A stretch of DNA of 64,000 nucleotides from Minisyncoccota bacterium (lineage in GTDB: Bacteria; Patescibacteriota; Minisyncoccia; Phycocordibacterales; CAJBRS01). Every line of letters begins with the position of its first letter. Position 1 is the stretch's first letter. The notes under the pieces are model-generated. The model ran no database searches. It saw only the letters and a program-made list of their open reading frames with translations, and was not told where the DNA came from. Of this stretch, positions 18,187-27,873 are shown in pieces. The stretch is from the NCBI GenBank assembly GCA_035652395.1, contig DASRDX010000009.1:62642-126641 (forward strand). The letters run 5' to 3'. A program made the position numbers and the translations under genes.

Positions 18187-18582
18187 TTGGAGGCAGAAAT
18201 GAATAATTGGGGAACCATTTTCCAAGAAACTCACCTGGTCATTACAGACAATGCGACATCGAAACTTTTGGCAGATTGGAGGAAGCTTTATGGAGTATTA
18301 CACCCTGATCCAGTCCTCCAGATTAAAAGATTTCTAAGAAATCCAGCTCTGGAGAAACTCCCTGCTCGCTATCAAGATCGGCGGCAGGCTAGTAACGGTC
18401 AGGTAAAAGCTGACTATTATCGTTTCGGTGAATGGCGCCTGGTGATCATCAAAGACGAAGAGGCTAAGACTTCGACCGTTGTCACCGTTGAGGCAGTACC
18501 CGATATCTCGCATCTAAGAAGGCGGAGACGACGGTGGAGAAGAAGGCCGAAGGGGAAGAGGCCGCGCCGTAGGCGGGGCTAG
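18187..18582 (+). CDS. Hypothetical protein with RelE/ParE-like core pattern and a C-terminal poly-Arg tail
   Basis: ADYYRFGEWRLVIIKDEEAKTSTVVTVEAV resembles the GDYRIIYRIDDE..TVYIL(R)IGHR pattern of RelE/ParE. The tail RRRRRRWRRRPKGKRPRRRRG is unusual. Confidence 0.4.
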   Translation: MEAEMNNWGTIFQETHLVITDNATSKLLADWRKLYGVLHPDPVLQIKRFLRNPALEKLPARYQDRRQASNGQVKADYYRFGEWRLVIIKDEEAKTSTVVTVEAVPDISHLRRRRRRWRRRPKGKRPRRRRG

Positions 18583-18584
18583 AG

Positions 18585-18650
18585 AACCTCGTCGTGAGAC
18601 GAGGATTTTATTTGAGAGGTTCGGCGCCTTGCGCGCCGAACCTCTGCTAT
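18585..18650 (+). terminator. Tandem intrinsic terminators
   Basis: CCTCGTCGTGAGACGAGG+TTTTATTT, then GAGGTTCGGCGCCTTGCGCGCCGAACCTC. Confidence 0.65.
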
Positions 18651-18686
18651 AATTAATAGATATTATTACTAGCTAATTTTAGACTT

Positions 18687-19106
18687 ATGCCTATTAATTA
18701 TTTAGCGGTGTTGGTCTGTGGAATTGCAGCCATGATTCTTGGTTATCTTTGGTACGGTCCATTTTTTGGTAAAACTTGGATGCGGGAGATGGGAGTTTCT
18801 GTGGAGACGATGTCTCCGGAGCAGACGAAAGGAATGGGTAAGAGATACTTTTTGATGTTTATTGGTGCCCTAGTGATGGCTTGGGTTTTGGCTCATTCTA
18901 TTATTACGGCAGCTCTCTATACCGGCCTTACTGGAGTTGGCTTGGGGTTATTAATCGGCTTCATGAGCTGGTTAGGTTTTGTTGCTCCCGTCACTCTCGG
19001 TTCCGTACTTTGGGAAAATAAAAGTTGGAAACTCTGGTGGATCAACAACAGCTATTACATTGTTGATCTCGTTATCATGGGCATAATTTTAGCCCTCTGG
19101 GTGTAG
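18687..19106 (+). CDS. DUF1761-like small membrane protein
   Basis: LAVLVCGIAAMILGYLWYGPFFGKTWMREMG and four TM helices, recalled as the DUF1761 pattern. Confidence 0.55.
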   Translation: MPINYLAVLVCGIAAMILGYLWYGPFFGKTWMREMGVSVETMSPEQTKGMGKRYFLMFIGALVMAWVLAHSIITAALYTGLTGVGLGLLIGFMSWLGFVAPVTLGSVLWENKSWKLWWINNSYYIVDLVIMGIILALWV

Positions 19107-19475
19107 ATGAAACCTAAAACTGTAGATGAATACATTAGGATGGCCGCGCCGAAGGCGCGGCCACATCTCCGAACTCTCCGTCAGATTATCAAAAAAGAGG
19201 TACCGGAAGTAAAAGAGAAAATCGGCTATAGCATGCCATATTACAATTACCTCGGGATGTTTACCGGCTTCGCTGCTTTCCCAAATCATATTGGGCTTTA
19301 TACGTTGAACATGCATATTAAAGGAGATCTGAAAAAACGAGCGGACAAATACGTTACCAGCAAAGGGACAATGCAGTTTTCTTATGACAAAGCTCTCCCC
19401 GCAAATTTAATTAGAAAATTGGTTAGAGAAAAAGGCCGAAGAATGGAGAAAAAGAAAAAAAATTATGAAAAATAA
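19107..19475 (+). CDS. DUF1801 (YdhG-like) domain protein
   Basis: MKPKTVDEYIRMAAPKARPHLRTLRQIIKKEVPEVKEKIGYSMPYY resembles DUF1801. Start is adjacent to the stop of the previous gene. Confidence 0.55.
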   Translation: MKPKTVDEYIRMAAPKARPHLRTLRQIIKKEVPEVKEKIGYSMPYYNYLGMFTGFAAFPNHIGLYTLNMHIKGDLKKRADKYVTSKGTMQFSYDKALPANLIRKLVREKGRRMEKKKKNYEK

Positions 19476-19971
19476 ATATTTAATTACCCTCTTTATAATT
19501 TGCGTGGTAATTCTCGTAATTGTCTTCAAACTGCCCGCTCCTAAATCTACCACTTCCTCCTCATCTACAAACAATACACCGGTTTCTTCTGATCTGGCAG
19601 ATGTTGGCAGTGCAGTAACCGATTTTGGCAGTAAGTTGAAAAATGTTTCGCTCCTTGCTCCAACTTCTACTTTAAAGGCGGACATAGCTAGATATTACGG
19701 ACCTTACATAACCGTTGAGCTTCTCGCAGAGTGGCAAAACAATCCATCGCTCGCTCCTGGTCGACTAACCTCTAGTCCTTGGCCAGATCACATTGATATT
19801 CTTTCTATTAATCAAATAGACTCCACCCATTATCAAGTGCAAGGTGAAATCGTGGAAATGACCAGCCAAGAAGTAGTCGCCGGCGGTGATTCTGGTAGGG
19901 AAGAAGTAAAAATCACTCTTACTAAAGTAAAGAACAAATGGCTAATTAGTCAGTTTGGGTCAGGAAAATAA
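19465..19971 (+). CDS. Hypothetical membrane-anchored protein
   Basis: N-terminal TM helix. Followed by terminator GGCGCCGAAGGCGCC at 19977-19995. Confidence 0.5.
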   Translation: MKNKYLITLFIICVVILVIVFKLPAPKSTTSSSSTNNTPVSSDLADVGSAVTDFGSKLKNVSLLAPTSTLKADIARYYGPYITVELLAEWQNNPSLAPGRLTSSPWPDHIDILSINQIDSTHYQVQGEIVEMTSQEVVAGGDSGREEVKITLTKVKNKWLISQFGSGK

Positions 19972-20038
19972 AGAAAGGCGCCGAAGGCGCCTTTCTCATG
20001 CTATGATAAAAATCTTAATAATTAATTCTATTTAAATT

Positions 20039-20440
20039 ATGAATCCAGTTGTTCACTTTCAATTGCCATATGAAGATGGCAAACGCATCAGCAAGTTCTA
20101 TCAGCAGGCTTTTGGCTGGGTTACTAATGAGACTGGTCCGGAAATGGGTAACTATATTAATGTCGGTACTACTGAAACTGATCAGAAGACTATGCGGCCA
20201 ACTACTCCCGGCACTATTAACGGTGGATTTTACAAAAGAGGAGATGATCTTCCCAGTCAGATCCCGAATGTAGTTATTGCCGTAGAAGATATAAACGCGG
20301 CCTTAAAAAAAGTGGAGGAAGCCGGTGGTAAGATTAACAGCCAGCCACAGGGTATTCCGGGAGTAGGTATATTTTCTACTATCATTGATACGGAAGGCAA
20401 TCACATGGTGCTGTTGGAACCCGGTCCTCAAAACCAATAA
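20039..20440 (+). CDS. VOC/glyoxalase family protein
   Basis: 133 aa with VVHFQLPYEDGKRISKFYQQAFGW...GNHMVLLEP, a glyoxalase-like beta-alpha-beta-beta-beta pattern. Confidence 0.7.
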   Translation: MNPVVHFQLPYEDGKRISKFYQQAFGWVTNETGPEMGNYINVGTTETDQKTMRPTTPGTINGGFYKRGDDLPSQIPNVVIAVEDINAALKKVEEAGGKINSQPQGIPGVGIFSTIIDTEGNHMVLLEPGPQNQ

Positions 20441-20454
20441 GATCGTGGAATTAA

Positions 20455-20487
20455 AAAGAAAGGGCCGCCGTCGGCGGCCCTTTCTTT
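20455..20487. terminator. Bidirectional terminator
   Basis: AAAGAAAGGGCCGCCGTCGGCGGCCCTTTCTTTTT between convergent genes. Confidence 0.7.
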
Positions 20488-20492
20488 TTCCC

Positions 20493-21041
20493 TTATTCCT
20501 CCTCTTCTATCTCAATCGCCCTCTCATTAATTTTGTGAGTAGCCAACTCCGTCAAATTAGTATCGGCTGCTTTCTCCTCGTCTAAAGTTTCTTCCAGGAT
20601 GTCGGCTACTTCATCGCGGCCCACCTGTCGTGCCCAAGCTATCGCCGAACCATATCCAGCTATTTCATAATGCTCGATATATTGAAGAGCGGCCACCAGA
20701 TTAGTATCCTTGGCCTCCGGTCCCTCAATATTTTTAATTACCCACTCGGCATCTTTAATCAATCCGCTGATGGCTTCACCTTCCAGACGCTTCGGATTTT
20801 CATCGAGGAGCTCAAAACACTGCTCCAGTCTATTCACATGATTAATAGTTTCTTCAAAATGATCTTCCAGAACCGCTTTCAATTCACTGCTCGCAACAGC
20901 CTCGCTCACCTTCGGTAAATTTTTTACTAAATTCTGCTCTACGTCATAGAGCACCTGCATTTTTGTAATCAGCAGATCATAAAGGGTTTTTGTATGGGTT
21001 TTCCTCCCAATAACTCTTCTAGGCCTAGCTTTAGTTGGCAT
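20493..21041 (-). CDS. Ferritin-like DUF892 (YciE/YciF-type) protein
   Basis: LYDVEQNLVKNLPKVSEAV...LEDHFEETINHVNRLEQCFELL matches the YciF pattern (DLYDAEKQL.KALPKM...HLEET..QVERLE). Confidence 0.7.
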   Translation of the reverse strand: MPTKARPRRVIGRKTHTKTLYDLLITKMQVLYDVEQNLVKNLPKVSEAVASSELKAVLEDHFEETINHVNRLEQCFELLDENPKRLEGEAISGLIKDAEWVIKNIEGPEAKDTNLVAALQYIEHYEIAGYGSAIAWARQVGRDEVADILEETLDEEKAADTNLTELATHKINERAIEIEEEE

Positions 21042-21131
21042 TCTATTGAAATTTTAACGAATAAGTCCCTCTAGACCCGTGGACGTGGAGCCTCAAAAAT
21101 TCTGACAGATGTCCTCTAACTCTGTTAAAAT

Positions 21132-21812
21132 GTGAGGATGAAAGAGTTATTCTATAGACTGCCAGAAAATATCCTTTCTTGTTTTAAAGGCCGTAATTTA
21201 CTTTGGCAGCTTCTGGCTTTTCTATTGACTTATTTACTGATAATCACCGGAGCGGATTGGGCTTACTTCCAATACTTTGCTCGGCACACAGAAACCCGTA
21301 CCATTCTTTTCGGCGCTGCCATCCTCGGCTTTTTCGTACCGGTCTTTTTGCCTCTTGTACTGTTCTGTTGGGGGCAGATTAAAAGGGATTTTAAAACTCT
21401 TCGAGTCAGTTTTGCCATTACTCAAGCTGAAATTTTAGGATGGATGCTTTCCAGTTTTTATAAAATTTTTACGGGCCGCGCTCATCCCGATCTTAGTGGC
21501 CAAACCGACATCAGTCACGTTTTTCATTTCGGTTTCTGGCAAGGCGGAATTTTCTGGGGCTGGCCATCTTCTCATACGGCCGTCGCTTTTGCCTTGGCGG
21601 GTACTATCTTCGCTCTATTTCCCAGAAAAAGATTTCTAAAAATTCTAATTGGTTTTTACGCTCTATATATTGGTATTGGAGTAGGGGCTACCATTCACTG
21701 GTTTTCCGACTTTGTAGCCGGAGCCATTTTAGGTCTCATTATTGGTTCGGCAGTCGGTCGCAGCTTTCATTCACTCTTAAATAATGGTCAAAGCTTTTCA
21801 AAAACTGACTGA
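21132..21812 (+). CDS. PAP2-family phosphatase (membrane)
   Basis: WPSSHTAVAF (PSGH-like) and HWFSDFVAGAILG (SRxxxxxHxxxD-like) with TM helices. Confidence 0.6.
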   Translation: MRMKELFYRLPENILSCFKGRNLLWQLLAFLLTYLLIITGADWAYFQYFARHTETRTILFGAAILGFFVPVFLPLVLFCWGQIKRDFKTLRVSFAITQAEILGWMLSSFYKIFTGRAHPDLSGQTDISHVFHFGFWQGGIFWGWPSSHTAVAFALAGTIFALFPRKRFLKILIGFYALYIGIGVGATIHWFSDFVAGAILGLIIGSAVGRSFHSLLNNGQSFSKTD

Positions 21813-22884
21813 ATGGTATTGGAAATACGAGCGACCACTTTCTTCGCTCGGTCTAATTGGCGGTTTTCTTTTTGATATCTTCACTCTGACGAGAGTGGAT
21901 GAGCTCCTGGAAAATATCTGGGTCGGTTTTCATTTGATTGTAGCGGCCGTTGGGATTCTGATGTTGAATTTATATGAAGAGGGAAGACTGAAAGAAAAAG
22001 TGCCGGGACGGGCTCACTTCTGGTGGACTTTTGTTATCCAGTTTGCTTTCGGCGGCCTCTTCAGTGTCTACCTAGTCTTTTATTCTCGCAGCGCTAACTT
22101 TTTTGCCAGCTGGCCGTTTTTGGTAGTACTTGCTTTAAACTTTCTAGCGAATGAGCGGCTTCGCGAACGCTATCGACGAGCCGGTTTTCAGATGGCTATG
22201 CTTTTTCTCGGCATCTTCTTTTACTGTCTTTACATTGTGCCAATTATCGTCGGCCAGATTTCCAGTCAAATTTTTATTTTAAGCGGCCTTATTAGTCTCG
22301 CAGCTATGGCTCTTTTCCTTCTGATTCTTTTTGCCATCTCACCAAAAAGAATGAAACAGGAGAAATGGTTGATCATGCCAGCTGTGGCCCTCTCTTATCT
22401 TTTAATTAATTTTCTCTATTTCGCTCACGTTATTCCGCCCATCCCGTTATCTCTAAAAGCAGCCGGCGTTTATCACTCAATTTCGCGCGATCCGACCACG
22501 GGCAACTACTTTGTAACAGAGGAAACAAACAGCAATCCGTGGTATCAATATTTTTTAATTCGGCCAACTATCCATCTGGTTTCCGGGGAGCCGGCGTACG
22601 TCTTCAGCTCGGTTTTTGCCCCTGCCCGTTTTGCCACCGGCATCGTTCATCGCTGGCAATATTATGATCAAGTGCGAAAAGAATGGTTAACAGAGAGTGT
22701 TATTCGGCTTGGAATTGTCGGAGGAAGAGAAAGCGGCTACCGAACCTTTTCTTTAAAGGCCGGTCTTGCGGCCGGTCGCTGGCGAGTGAGTGTAGAAACA
22801 CCGGAAGGGCAGGTGATTGGCCGGCTCGACTTTAATGTCGAGCCGGCCGCAACCACTCCACTTTTGCAGGAGAAGTGGCAGTAA
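21784..22884 (+). CDS. Polytopic membrane protein with C-terminal soluble domain
   Basis: 366-aa ORF with about 8 hydrophobic helices followed by a beta-rich tail. Overlaps the previous gene by 29 nt. Confidence 0.5.
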   Translation: MVKAFQKLTEWYWKYERPLSSLGLIGGFLFDIFTLTRVDELLENIWVGFHLIVAAVGILMLNLYEEGRLKEKVPGRAHFWWTFVIQFAFGGLFSVYLVFYSRSANFFASWPFLVVLALNFLANERLRERYRRAGFQMAMLFLGIFFYCLYIVPIIVGQISSQIFILSGLISLAAMALFLLILFAISPKRMKQEKWLIMPAVALSYLLINFLYFAHVIPPIPLSLKAAGVYHSISRDPTTGNYFVTEETNSNPWYQYFLIRPTIHLVSGEPAYVFSSVFAPARFATGIVHRWQYYDQVRKEWLTESVIRLGIVGGRESGYRTFSLKAGLAAGRWRVSVETPEGQVIGRLDFNVEPAATTPLLQEKWQ

Positions 22885-22899
22885 TGCTATTCTATAAAA

Positions 22900-23997
22900 A
22901 TGAAGAAACCCGGTGAGCTCTTAATCATTCTCATAATTATTTTATGTATTGTCGGTCTTGGCATCTGGCATGTGGTAGCCGAGTGGCATGACAAGTCTCT
23001 GACCCTCCATTCCTTTCAGGCGACTTCTCAAAAGAATCTGAAAGATTATCAAAATTCAGAATTTGGTTTTAATTTTTCTTATCCTGCCGATTACGTTCTT
23101 TCGGAAAGCACCACTCAAAACGCCAGCAGCTCATATCAGACCGCCTTAGTTCGAACGGAGGATAACCTTCAGCCACCAGTTGGCGAAGGACCTCGGGCCA
23201 TTACGGTTGAAGTCTTTAAAAATCAATCCGATATTTTTAAATGGCTGAATACTAATCCCGCTTCAAATTGGCAGATCAGTAATCATACCTACGCCTCCGC
23301 CACCGTTGATAGTTCTGTGGCCATTCAGTATAGCTGGCAGGGTTTATACAATGGCCGGACGACAGTTTTTGAACACCTTGGAAACATAATTGCCCTTTCT
23401 GTTACCTATGATGCTCCAACTGATGCCATTCTTCTCGACTATAACGACCTTTTAAATACCATTAAACTTTCTGAAAGAACCTTGACTAAAGATGAGGCTG
23501 TTGAGATGGTGGCCGCTAAATATCCGGAAGTGAAAAAATTTCTAGAAACATCATTGCCACCAACTTCGGTTGAAGTCATTCCGTATAATGACGGCATTCA
23601 TTCGGCTGTGATTTTTAAAACGAGTGGAAGCGGAGTTCCTTATCTCTTGTCCGCTAAATGTTTTGATATCTCAACTAATGGTCAAGTCAGTCTGACCGGG
23701 GAGTATAAAATTAATCCGAAAGATGCTTATAAGCCAAAGAATGTTTCTGCTCGTGGTTGTTTACCTTTGGGGATAGAGGTGACAAAATACATCAGTGACC
23801 ATATTAACGATCTCTCTCCCATCAAGGCTTCCTTGGGTGGCAAATTTTATGCTACTAATATTGAGCTAGCTGAGAGCGGTGAGGCGGGTCAAATCTCTTA
23901 TGAAGACGGGCACAATGTTTACAGAGCCTCTTTTAATTATTCAAGTGATCCGAATTATCAAAATATTAAAATTACTAATTTCAAACTCCTGCCGTGA
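22900..23997 (+). CDS. Hypothetical membrane-anchored extracytoplasmic protein
   Basis: N-terminal TM. Shares the YQNxEFGFNFSYPADY motif with the protein at 8490-9140. Confidence 0.5.
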   Translation: MKKPGELLIILIIILCIVGLGIWHVVAEWHDKSLTLHSFQATSQKNLKDYQNSEFGFNFSYPADYVLSESTTQNASSSYQTALVRTEDNLQPPVGEGPRAITVEVFKNQSDIFKWLNTNPASNWQISNHTYASATVDSSVAIQYSWQGLYNGRTTVFEHLGNIIALSVTYDAPTDAILLDYNDLLNTIKLSERTLTKDEAVEMVAAKYPEVKKFLETSLPPTSVEVIPYNDGIHSAVIFKTSGSGVPYLLSAKCFDISTNGQVSLTGEYKINPKDAYKPKNVSARGCLPLGIEVTKYISDHINDLSPIKASLGGKFYATNIELAESGEAGQISYEDGHNVYRASFNYSSDPNYQNIKITNFKLLP

Positions 23998-24395
23998 ATA
24001 AAACATTTCCTACAGACGAAGAATTGAAGAAAAAAGATCCAGAACTTTATCGCATAGCTCGGGAGAAGGGAACCGAGATGCCGGGAACCGGTCAATATCT
24101 CCACTCAAAAGAAAAGGGGATGTTTAAATGCGCCGTTTGCGGAGCAGCTCTTTTTCCTTCGGATGTTAAATTCGATTCGGGTAGTGGTTGGCCGAGCTTC
24201 TATGACGCTTTGCCTAACGCCGTTAAACTGGAGGAAGACAATAGTTTAGGAATGCATCGCACCGAAGTCAGCTGTGCTAACTGCGGTGCACATCTCGGCC
24301 ATCTTTTCAATGATGCCCCTCAAACCCCAACAGGTGCCCGCTACTGCATTAACGGGGTTTGTCTTGATTTAGAAAAAGAAAATGAAAATCACTAA
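23994..24395 (+). CDS. msrB: Peptide methionine sulfoxide reductase MsrB
   Basis: CAVCGAALF...GWPSF...CANCGAHLGHLF, the two CxxC pairs and RxCxN-type SelR motifs. Confidence 0.9.
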   Translation: MNKTFPTDEELKKKDPELYRIAREKGTEMPGTGQYLHSKEKGMFKCAVCGAALFPSDVKFDSGSGWPSFYDALPNAVKLEEDNSLGMHRTEVSCANCGAHLGHLFNDAPQTPTGARYCINGVCLDLEKENENH

Positions 24396-25020
24396 ACTCG
24401 GACATTGCTGTTTGATAATTGAAGAGAAAGGATTAAAGATCTTGACCGATCCGGGCAACTATACTCACAAACAAAATGAAGTAACGGGGATTGATATTGT
24501 CCTAATCAGTCACGAACATTCCGATCACTATCACTTGGATTCAGTCAAAGCTTTGATGAAGAATAATCCGACAGCTCGACTGATTAGCAATGGCGCCGTC
24601 GGAAGCCTTCTGGAAAAAGAAGGTTTTAAATATGAAAAAGTGGGAGATGGAGAGAAGATAGAAATCGGCGGAGTATTAATCGAGGGATTTGGTAAAGATC
24701 ATGCGCCGATTTATAAAGACTTGATGCTGGTAGAAAACACCGGATATCTGATCAATTCATATTTGTATATTCCGGGAGATGCTTTTCATGCGCCATCCAA
24801 AGGAGTTTTAGTGTTGGCTTTGCCGGTAGCCGGTCCTTGGGTGAAGATTTCCGATTCGATTGATTATGCCTTAGAAGTGAAACCCAAAAAGACTTTTCCC
24901 GTTCACGATGCCAATCTTAGAATTCTCGGCGGAGCGCCGTATTATGTTTCCAAAGAAATTTTAGAGAAAAACAACATTGAGTTTCTGCCGCTTGAATTAG
25001 ACAAGCCAACAGAGATATAA
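24382..25020 (+). CDS. MBL-fold metallo-hydrolase
   Basis: ISHEHSDHYHLD (HxHxDH) metallo-beta-lactamase motif. Confidence 0.7.
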   Translation: MKITKLGHCCLIIEEKGLKILTDPGNYTHKQNEVTGIDIVLISHEHSDHYHLDSVKALMKNNPTARLISNGAVGSLLEKEGFKYEKVGDGEKIEIGGVLIEGFGKDHAPIYKDLMLVENTGYLINSYLYIPGDAFHAPSKGVLVLALPVAGPWVKISDSIDYALEVKPKKTFPVHDANLRILGGAPYYVSKEILEKNNIEFLPLELDKPTEI

Positions 25021-25027
25021 TTGATTT

Positions 25028-25330
25028 ATGGAAACTATCTTTGCCTATGGAACACTGAAAGATCCGAAAGTTCAGCAAGAAGTGATTGGTCGGGAAATTG
25101 AAGGAGCGGCCGATCATCTGGATGGCTGCATTAAATCTCATTTTCAGCATGGCGATCGAAAGACTTATCCGGTTATTATTTGTCCGATTGAAGGCCATGG
25201 CGTAGACGGAATCACCTTTGATGTTACGCCGGAAGAATTAACAAAAATCGATCAATACGAAGAAGATTTCTATAAACGCCAAAGAGTAAGATTAAAAAGC
25301 GGCAGGGAAGCCTGGACGTATACGAAATAG
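25028..25330 (+). CDS. Gamma-glutamyl cyclotransferase-like (AIG2/GGCT fold) protein
   Basis: IFAYGTLKDPKVQQEV N-terminus (YGTL motif). About 100 aa. Confidence 0.65.
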   Translation: METIFAYGTLKDPKVQQEVIGREIEGAADHLDGCIKSHFQHGDRKTYPVIICPIEGHGVDGITFDVTPEELTKIDQYEEDFYKRQRVRLKSGREAWTYTK

Positions 25331-25365
25331 GTTATAAAGGAGCAAGTTTATAAAGTTGTAATCAG

Positions 25366-25396
25366 GATTAAAGGCGCCGGCAAAGCCGGCGCCTTT
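25366..25396 (+). terminator. Intrinsic terminator
   Basis: AAAGGCGCCGGCAAAGCCGGCGCCTTTAAT. Confidence 0.7.
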
Positions 25397-25719
25397 AATA
25401 TAAAAATATAAAAGGAAACGACCGCGGCCCAGAGGCAGCGGTCGTTTGTTTCGAAGTGGTTGCAATGTCTGGTCAGCGGGTCGACCTCAGAAAACACGAT
25501 AGTAATACACTGGATTACTGCCTACTCGTTATCCTTAGTTGATCGGCATCTCGAGACAAGTTGTGCGAAACGTCCTTTGCTTCGAACATTGGTCTAGACA
25601 AGGTCTAGACCGTCGGATCGTGGCAATGGAGCATTGGTCTAAATAGATATTCTACAGAGGAATAAGATTTTTACTAGCCAGTTTTCCACACCATCACTTT
25701 TCTTTGCTATAATCGATTT

Positions 25720-26559
25720 ATGAAAGGTATCGTCTTCGATGCTCAAAAAAGGGCCTTCATTCCACTCGAAAAAGCGGCCGTGCCAATCACCGACATTGCT
25801 TTTCAGCGAGCGGCTGGAGTTTTCGAAACCCTCCTCTCTTACAACGGCAAGCCATTCCATCTAAGGGAACATTTAAAACGATTACAAGTTTCCGCCAAGC
25901 TCCTCGGCATCAAGGAACACTATCTCCTTTCATATCTCGAAGAAAAAGTCAGGCTAGGCTTAGGCAAGATAAAAGCTCCAATTGTTTCCGTCAAAATCAT
26001 TATTACCGGCGGCGACAGCTCCTATCTTTCTCTAGAAAATGACCCCCGGCTCTATATCATCTTCAATCCTTTTAATCCGGAGAAATTCTGGCCAAAATAC
26101 GCCTTTGAAAAAGGAGTTTCGCTTCTCACTACACCCATTCTAAGGACCCTGCCCTCGGTGAAATCTCTCAATTATGTCGGAGCGGTAGTTTCAAATCAGA
26201 CAGCCGTGCGCAAGAAATATTATGATTCACTTTACGCCACCAAAGATCATATTTTAGAAGGCACGACCTTTAACTTTGCCATCATTATTAAAAATAATCT
26301 GATTACACCTGCTGATCAGGTCCTCGACGGTATTACCATGCAGGTTGCCATGAAGCTGGCTAAAAAGATCGGGCTAAATGTTTTTGAAAAGAATATTACT
26401 TTCAAAGAACTCCGACAGGCCGAGGAAGCCTTTCTAACTTCTTCTTATCGGGAAGTAATGCCAGTAGTTAGAGTTGATAACATTAAAATTGGCAGCGGCC
26501 GACCCGGTCCGTACAGCCAAAGACTAGAGGAACTCTATCGGGCGGAAACCCAAAAATAG
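25720..26559 (+). CDS. Class IV (fold type IV) PLP aminotransferase (branched-chain/D-amino-acid aminotransferase family)
   Basis: AFQRAAGVFETL...GKPFHLREHLKRL, typical of the class IV aminotransferase N-terminus. TATAAT at 25703-25708 lies immediately upstream of the ATG. Confidence 0.7.
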   Translation: MKGIVFDAQKRAFIPLEKAAVPITDIAFQRAAGVFETLLSYNGKPFHLREHLKRLQVSAKLLGIKEHYLLSYLEEKVRLGLGKIKAPIVSVKIIITGGDSSYLSLENDPRLYIIFNPFNPEKFWPKYAFEKGVSLLTTPILRTLPSVKSLNYVGAVVSNQTAVRKKYYDSLYATKDHILEGTTFNFAIIIKNNLITPADQVLDGITMQVAMKLAKKIGLNVFEKNITFKELRQAEEAFLTSSYREVMPVVRVDNIKIGSGRPGPYSQRLEELYRAETQK

Positions 26560-26581
26560 TCAATACTTCTGTCAAGACTAC

Positions 26582-27304
26582 TTAACTTCGATAATCCCAA
26601 GTCCAAAGATGGATTCTAATCAGCAGAACTTCAAAAAACATTCTAATCATTCCTTTGAAGTTCATACCGCTTCGCTCATCATTAACCCAGACAATCGGTA
26701 CTTCCTTGATTCTAAATCCAAATCTCTTAGCTAGAGCCAAAATCTCCACATCAAAAGCCCAGTAAAAAGATGTTTGATGGCGGAAAATTTTTTCGGCTGC
26801 ACGTTGGGAAAAAAGTTTAAAACCATCTTGAGTGTCCGCAATTTCAAGTGGTATTAAAAGACGCACTATCCACTGAAAAAGATTTCCCAGAAAAATCCGT
26901 AATGGTGGTTGAGGGGAAATAATTTCGGAGCCGGTAATCTTCCGAGAACCTATCACCACATCAAAACCGGCGCGAGCAAAAGACAGAAGCTGGGGCAGTT
27001 GCTTGATATCGGTAGAATTATCAGCATCAGTAAAAAGACGGTATTTGCCGGAAGCGTTTACCATACCTTCGCGAACGGCATAACCCTTGCCATGACTGTG
27101 CCGCTCTAAAAGCCTTAAATTCGTGACTCTACCTTCAAACTGCCTAATAATTTCTCGGCTTCGGTCAATTGAGCCATTATCTACTACGATTATTTCAGTT
27201 TCGTATTCTTGCTCTCCTAAAAACCTGCCGATGGCCTCTAAAGTAGAGCCAATTCGGGCTTCTTCGTTGAAACAGGGGATAATAATAGAGAGAAAAAGAG
27301 GCAT
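26582..27304 (-). CDS. Family 2 glycosyltransferase (polyprenol-phosphate sugar transferase type)
   Basis: IIIPCFNEE...VVDNGSIDRS...DAD, the GT2 DxD-type motifs. Confidence 0.8.
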   Translation of the reverse strand: MPLFLSIIIPCFNEEARIGSTLEAIGRFLGEQEYETEIIVVDNGSIDRSREIIRQFEGRVTNLRLLERHSHGKGYAVREGMVNASGKYRLFTDADNSTDIKQLPQLLSFARAGFDVVIGSRKITGSEIISPQPPLRIFLGNLFQWIVRLLIPLEIADTQDGFKLFSQRAAEKIFRHQTSFYWAFDVEILALAKRFGFRIKEVPIVWVNDERSGMNFKGMIRMFFEVLLIRIHLWTWDYRS

Positions 27305-27355
27305 ACAGTAGGTTATAAAGTTATATAGTTCTTAAAGTTTATAAAGTAAGGCATT

Positions 27356-27796
27356 TTAGACATTTTTAAAGACCCAAAATCGAGCAAAAAGGAAATTCCA
27401 AAACAAGGTACTGAAAGAGGCGGTCAAAAGCGCTAGAATATCGGGAAAATTCAGATAAGTACGGGTCAGAAAATGAATCAAGACATTTAAAAACACACCG
27501 CTGCCAACCGTTGCATAAAAACGCAAGGCTTCGTTCCAATTGACACGACTTTTTCGATTAAAAGTAAAAGAACGATTGGTAAAAAAACTAAAAGTGACGG
27601 CAGTCAAAAAAGAAATTGTCTTTGCCAGACTTAAGTGATAAGTAAAATAAAAAGTCCAGTGTTTTAAATCAAAATAGACAGATATATCTATTAAGGTGTT
27701 AACAATTCCCACTAACGAGAATTTTATAAACTGCCGGAAAGCAATTGATTTGGGGAGACGATTAAAAATTTTTTCCTTCATATTTATTTCCATCAT
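27356..27796 (-). CDS. GtrA-like membrane protein
   Basis: FIKFSLVGIVNTLIDISVYF with four TM helices. Upstream of the GT2 gene in the same orientation. Confidence 0.7.
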   Translation of the reverse strand: MMEINMKEKIFNRLPKSIAFRQFIKFSLVGIVNTLIDISVYFDLKHWTFYFTYHLSLAKTISFLTAVTFSFFTNRSFTFNRKSRVNWNEALRFYATVGSGVFLNVLIHFLTRTYLNFPDILALLTASFSTLFWNFLFARFWVFKNV

Positions 27797-27873
27797 ATAT
27801 CATTTTGAAAAATTCTTAGAAACCGATGTGAAAAAATTTAGACGTCAGATTGGATTTTTAATATAATAGAGAA

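Noticed and set aside
25639-25860. 73-aa minus-strand ORF
   Set aside because: It overlaps the start of the class IV aminotransferase gene on the opposite strand and has no motif.
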